A stretch of DNA of 64,000 bases from Nemertoderma westbladi (lineage: Eukaryota > Animalia > Xenacoelomorpha): contig JAUCBJ010008162.1 of assembly GCA_032718475.1 (NCBI GenBank), positions 1 to 64,000 on the forward strand, read 5' to 3'. Shown here piece after piece: positions 60,772-64,000 of the stretch (positions within the stretch are counted from its first letter, which is position 1; each line of letters opens with the position of its first letter). A model generated the notes under the pieces. It was not told the DNA's origin and searched no databases. It saw only the letters and a program-made list of their open reading frames with translations. A program made the position numbers and the translations under genes.

Positions 60772-63372
60772 ATGGACCCAAATCGCCAAATTATCGGCGA
60801 ATTACGTAACACGGTAGATCTACTGGAATATTCGCAACCCGGATCCCCTGACTTTGATACAAATTGGAACATTCTGCTAAATGAGAACGTACGAGAAATT
60901 AAATTCACCGGGCGAGAGGGACCGGATTCTAAGAATCTACGAGCCCTCCAGTTAGCCGATGCTACTACGAGCCTGAAAAGGACTCGGAACGCAAAGGCAA
61001 CCGGAGGGGACGATTCGTCGTTTTGGGAAACGTTCCGGCAGAGCGTCTACAGATCCCGATGTTTGATCTACGACAACGAGGGAAACGCGACGCCCACCTC
61101 GAAGGCGATTACGTTGGCGAGATGTCAGAGCTTCGTCGACGACAAGAGTACGTACCTCGCCCACTGGGGAAACTTGTCGGAGTGTACGGCGACGCTTCGA
61201 GAGGAACGCGTATCGATTATCCAAAACCGCGACGACTACCAGGAAAAGTACGGGGCGAAAGAATACGGTCGATCCTTAGTCGTCGTCCTCGGAACCCTGG
61301 ACGGTTTGGTACTGGTGTGCCGAATATTCCCGACACCCAGACATGAAGTGCAGGCAGCCGGAGCGATCTGGTTGCTGCCTACGGATATCCAAAAGATCCT
61401 CTTCGACTTCGACGTCATTAAAATCGGGTCGGATATCAAGGCGGACGTCCGGAACGATTACGCGAACGCTCCCGCAGGAAGAAACCGACGAAACGACCTC
61501 AACGCACTTAGCCATTGCATCGATACTCAAACGCTGCTAGCCTGGTTACGATTCGCCGAGTTCATGCGAGGATTCCAAGAAGTGAGACCGACGAAATCCG
61601 GAATCGGCTACCTCGCTGTGCTCAACGGCGGTATCGACTTCAAACCCCAGAAATTCCGGGACTATAATAAAATATACGGCGGATACCCGGGATTAGAGAT
61701 AAAGAGCGAGCGAGAGGGTCGATGGAAGGACGTCGATCGGAAGTGGACGATACACCAAAGGTGGGAGAATCCCGATCGACGGAGCTATATCTACGTCGTT
61801 ATGGAATGCTACACCGTCGCTAAGTTTATCTGCAAGACTCTAGATAACCTCATCAAGGCGGTCCCCCTTTCCTTCGTCGACTACGACTGGAACGAGGTTA
61901 TAAACCACGCGTTTAAAGCGGTCGAGAACATTACACCGGGAGAATCGAAAACGCCCGCCGTTATCGAATCCTGGGACGAGAGCGGACCTTACGATATCCC
62001 TACGATTACCGAACTTCTCGGTGCGGAGGAGCCTCTGATCTCCTCGGAAGGGGAAGAGATATGGCTAAACGAGGGTGTTCTACTCTCCACCCCGAAGCGA
62101 CAACTCGAACCGGAGGCCGCGTACGGACCGGCCGCCAAACGGGTTGCCTCGGCCGAACCGATAAAGAGAGCAGGCGTCTACACCCCACGCGGCTCCGGTA
62201 GCCCCGCGAGAGAGGTAGCCACTACGGCTGCATTGAGCGACTTCGGCGACATATGCCAACGGTTATCCCCGTATCCTTTCCCGGGTGGCGAAGATTGGTC
62301 GTCGGAGATCCCGAGTACCAGCCACCTACGGACCCGCTCAGCGATACTGGTCGAGGAGGGACCCAGCGATGCGCCGACACCCGATGATCTCCTCGGTATC
62401 CCTCCGTCGAAAACCCCGGCACCTCTTCGCCGACCAGCGGTAGCTACTACACCCGCCGTTCCTCAGGACCCTATGCGACTAACCCGTTGGTACGCCGAGC
62501 AAACTGAATGGATCCACCGCCAGAAACGGTCGTCCGAGTTGAGACCATCGGGACATAACGAGGGTTATCGGAGCGAAAACATACTACGCAAGAGCCCAGC
62601 ATTCCGCGGGCTACCGACCACCGAGAATATTCCGAAGAGCGACCGACGACTCGAATACTACGCCGGCGTTCCGATTCCGATATTCCCCGGTCGGGAGATG
62701 CAGTTGGAGGTATGCGACGACTGCGGTTCGGAGCAGTGCCCACGCAGCAGAAGGAATCGGGTTACCGATTCTTGCCTCCAGCTCCTTGGGATACTCTATT
62801 GCCCATACTGCGCGATATCGGGCCACGACGTTTCGGTCTGTCCGATCCTTTATAACCTCTGCACCACGTGCGGTTTCCGTGGACATTCCGCTAGCCCCCG
62901 CTGCTATATTAAATGTCCAACCAAAGACGTTACCGCTATGGGCAATATGGTCATGTTTGAGACATACGCAAACAGCCATTTAAAGACCAAGTTTCGGAGA
63001 AACGCTCGGAATATTGCGCAGGAGATGGCGTGCGGATATTTCTCCTTCCCGGAACGCCTCCACACGTCGGCCTCGCTACCCTTCCATTACGTGGATCTGC
63101 TACTGAGCGCCGGATTATTCGGTCCATTCGAAGTTATTAGACGATTATATTCGTATAAAGAGGAGTTCGGTGACGGAGAATGGTTCCTAGAGGCACGCAA
63201 CTCCGAGTTGGAAAGACGAACCGACATGATCCCGATGCCTTCGAAAGGAAGAGCCGCCAGGAGACAAGCCGAAGCGTTACTCACGATGGATGTTGACGCT
63301 CCTCTACCAGCCATAGCGATCGATGAGAGTCGACGGGCGAAGAGACGGAAGGCGTACCAGAAAAAGAAATAA
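60772..63372 (+). CDS. 866-aa ORF2: WRN/EXD/Mut-7-like DEDD 3'-5' exonuclease domain, disordered linker, CCHC zinc-knuckle cluster
   Basis: ExoI IYDNEG (D101/E103). LPTDIQKILFDFDVIKIGSDIKAD (ExoII D225) fits the WRN-type LP..L..LL.D..I.KVG..I..D pattern, followed by CIDTQ. ExoIII IYVVME (Y341/E345). Knuckles CDDC...CPYCAISGHDVSVCP...CTTCGFRGH...C. Confidence 0.8.
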   Translation: MDPNRQIIGELRNTVDLLEYSQPGSPDFDTNWNILLNENVREIKFTGREGPDSKNLRALQLADATTSLKRTRNAKATGGDDSSFWETFRQSVYRSRCLIYDNEGNATPTSKAITLARCQSFVDDKSTYLAHWGNLSECTATLREERVSIIQNRDDYQEKYGAKEYGRSLVVVLGTLDGLVLVCRIFPTPRHEVQAAGAIWLLPTDIQKILFDFDVIKIGSDIKADVRNDYANAPAGRNRRNDLNALSHCIDTQTLLAWLRFAEFMRGFQEVRPTKSGIGYLAVLNGGIDFKPQKFRDYNKIYGGYPGLEIKSEREGRWKDVDRKWTIHQRWENPDRRSYIYVVMECYTVAKFICKTLDNLIKAVPLSFVDYDWNEVINHAFKAVENITPGESKTPAVIESWDESGPYDIPTITELLGAEEPLISSEGEEIWLNEGVLLSTPKRQLEPEAAYGPAAKRVASAEPIKRAGVYTPRGSGSPAREVATTAALSDFGDICQRLSPYPFPGGEDWSSEIPSTSHLRTRSAILVEEGPSDAPTPDDLLGIPPSKTPAPLRRPAVATTPAVPQDPMRLTRWYAEQTEWIHRQKRSSELRPSGHNEGYRSENILRKSPAFRGLPTTENIPKSDRRLEYYAGVPIPIFPGREMQLEVCDDCGSEQCPRSRRNRVTDSCLQLLGILYCPYCAISGHDVSVCPILYNLCTTCGFRGHSASPRCYIKCPTKDVTAMGNMVMFETYANSHLKTKFRRNARNIAQEMACGYFSFPERLHTSASLPFHYVDLLLSAGLFGPFEVIRRLYSYKEEFGDGEWFLEARNSELERRTDMIPMPSKGRAARRQAEALLTMDVDAPLPAIAIDESRRAKRRKAYQKKK

Positions 63373-63528
63373 TGGATTGGGATATTCCAGGAACATTTAT
63401 CGAACATTTATTTTTATACAAACTCTAGGCCATATTAATTAAAACTATGCAATATTAAATTTGGGATTTTTTATATTGGGAATGACCTACGCAAACTCAA
63501 TCGACCGACAGACTTCACGAAGGTCATT

Positions 63529-63536
63529 GGGGGGGA
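63529..63536 (+). other. Polypurine tract
   Basis: GGGGGGGA, one base before the 3' LTR TGT. Confidence 0.8.
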
Positions 63537-63537
63537 C

Positions 63538-64000
63538 TGTTCGCGGTATTTCAACTTTCCATAACGCGAGTTGAATATTTTTGTATTTTATTAAAATTGA
63601 TTATTCCGATATTACTACTGGGTGCGGGACCATGGGTTTTGGGCACATTCAATAAACTGGGGGCGATTTATGGGCGAACTTTGGGGCAACTTACAGGGTA
63701 CGGGAATAATTTCATAGTTATAAGGGCCAGGGGGGATGGAAAATGCAAGCAGTATTCAGGTTAGCCTGAGTACTATTAGGCCCTGGCCAACTTCCTGCTG
63801 CCTGTAGGGGTGGATTTGGTAATGTGCCAGGCCTAAAGGACAAGGACTGCCCTTAGCGGTCCCTGGCCAACGGCAGCTACTACGAGCCTGAAAAGGACTC
63901 GGAACGCTGACTGCTTGTGTCAGGGATTTGCGACGGGCACCGACGGCCCCTTAGTAGCCAAGCCGTTCTGGGTCTCGATGATCGAACCCCGGGGTTCGTG
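63538..64000 (+). repeat. 3' LTR of element E (partial)
   Basis: Matches 50710-51173. Confidence 0.97.

Larger units (their letters stand above)
50710..64000 (+). mobile_element. Young, apparently intact Bel-Pao LTR retrotransposon with an extra exonuclease ORF (element E)
   Basis: 5' LTR from 50710, gag-pol, ORF2, PPT, and a 3' LTR from 63538 that runs off the window. By eye the shared ~463 bp of LTR differ by 1 indel and 1 substitution. Confidence 0.95.

Noticed and set aside
60772-63372. ORF2 as env, or as Nanos
   Set aside because: No signal peptide, TM segment or fusion-protein features. CPIL...C..CG recalls Nanos, but the Cys/His spacing is that of CX2CX4HX4C knuckles.

Overview
Eukaryotic (probably invertebrate animal) heterochromatin-like window made almost entirely of nested transposable elements. 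It contains five Bel-Pao-type LTR retrotransposon copies or remnants, RTE- and CRE-clade LINEs, Helentron-type non-autonomous elements, a degenerate Polinton-like DNA polymerase B region, a 19-bp satellite and one intact cellular-looking ORF (type II membrane protein with cadherin repeats). The main result is a young, apparently intact Bel-Pao element (50710 to beyond 64000). In the position normally used by env it carries an 866-aa ORF with a WRN/EXD/Mut-7-like DEDDy 3'-5' exonuclease domain and CCHC zinc knuckles. Two older, divergent Bel-Pao remnants in the window carry decayed homologs of this ORF at the same position, so it is a lineage trait. The young element also carries repeated, strand-specific RNA structure motifs: bulged GNRA hairpins in the LTR and inside both long ORFs, and an array of kink-turn/UUCG hairpins in the LTR. 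All domain calls come from motif recognition by eye; no database searches were run.
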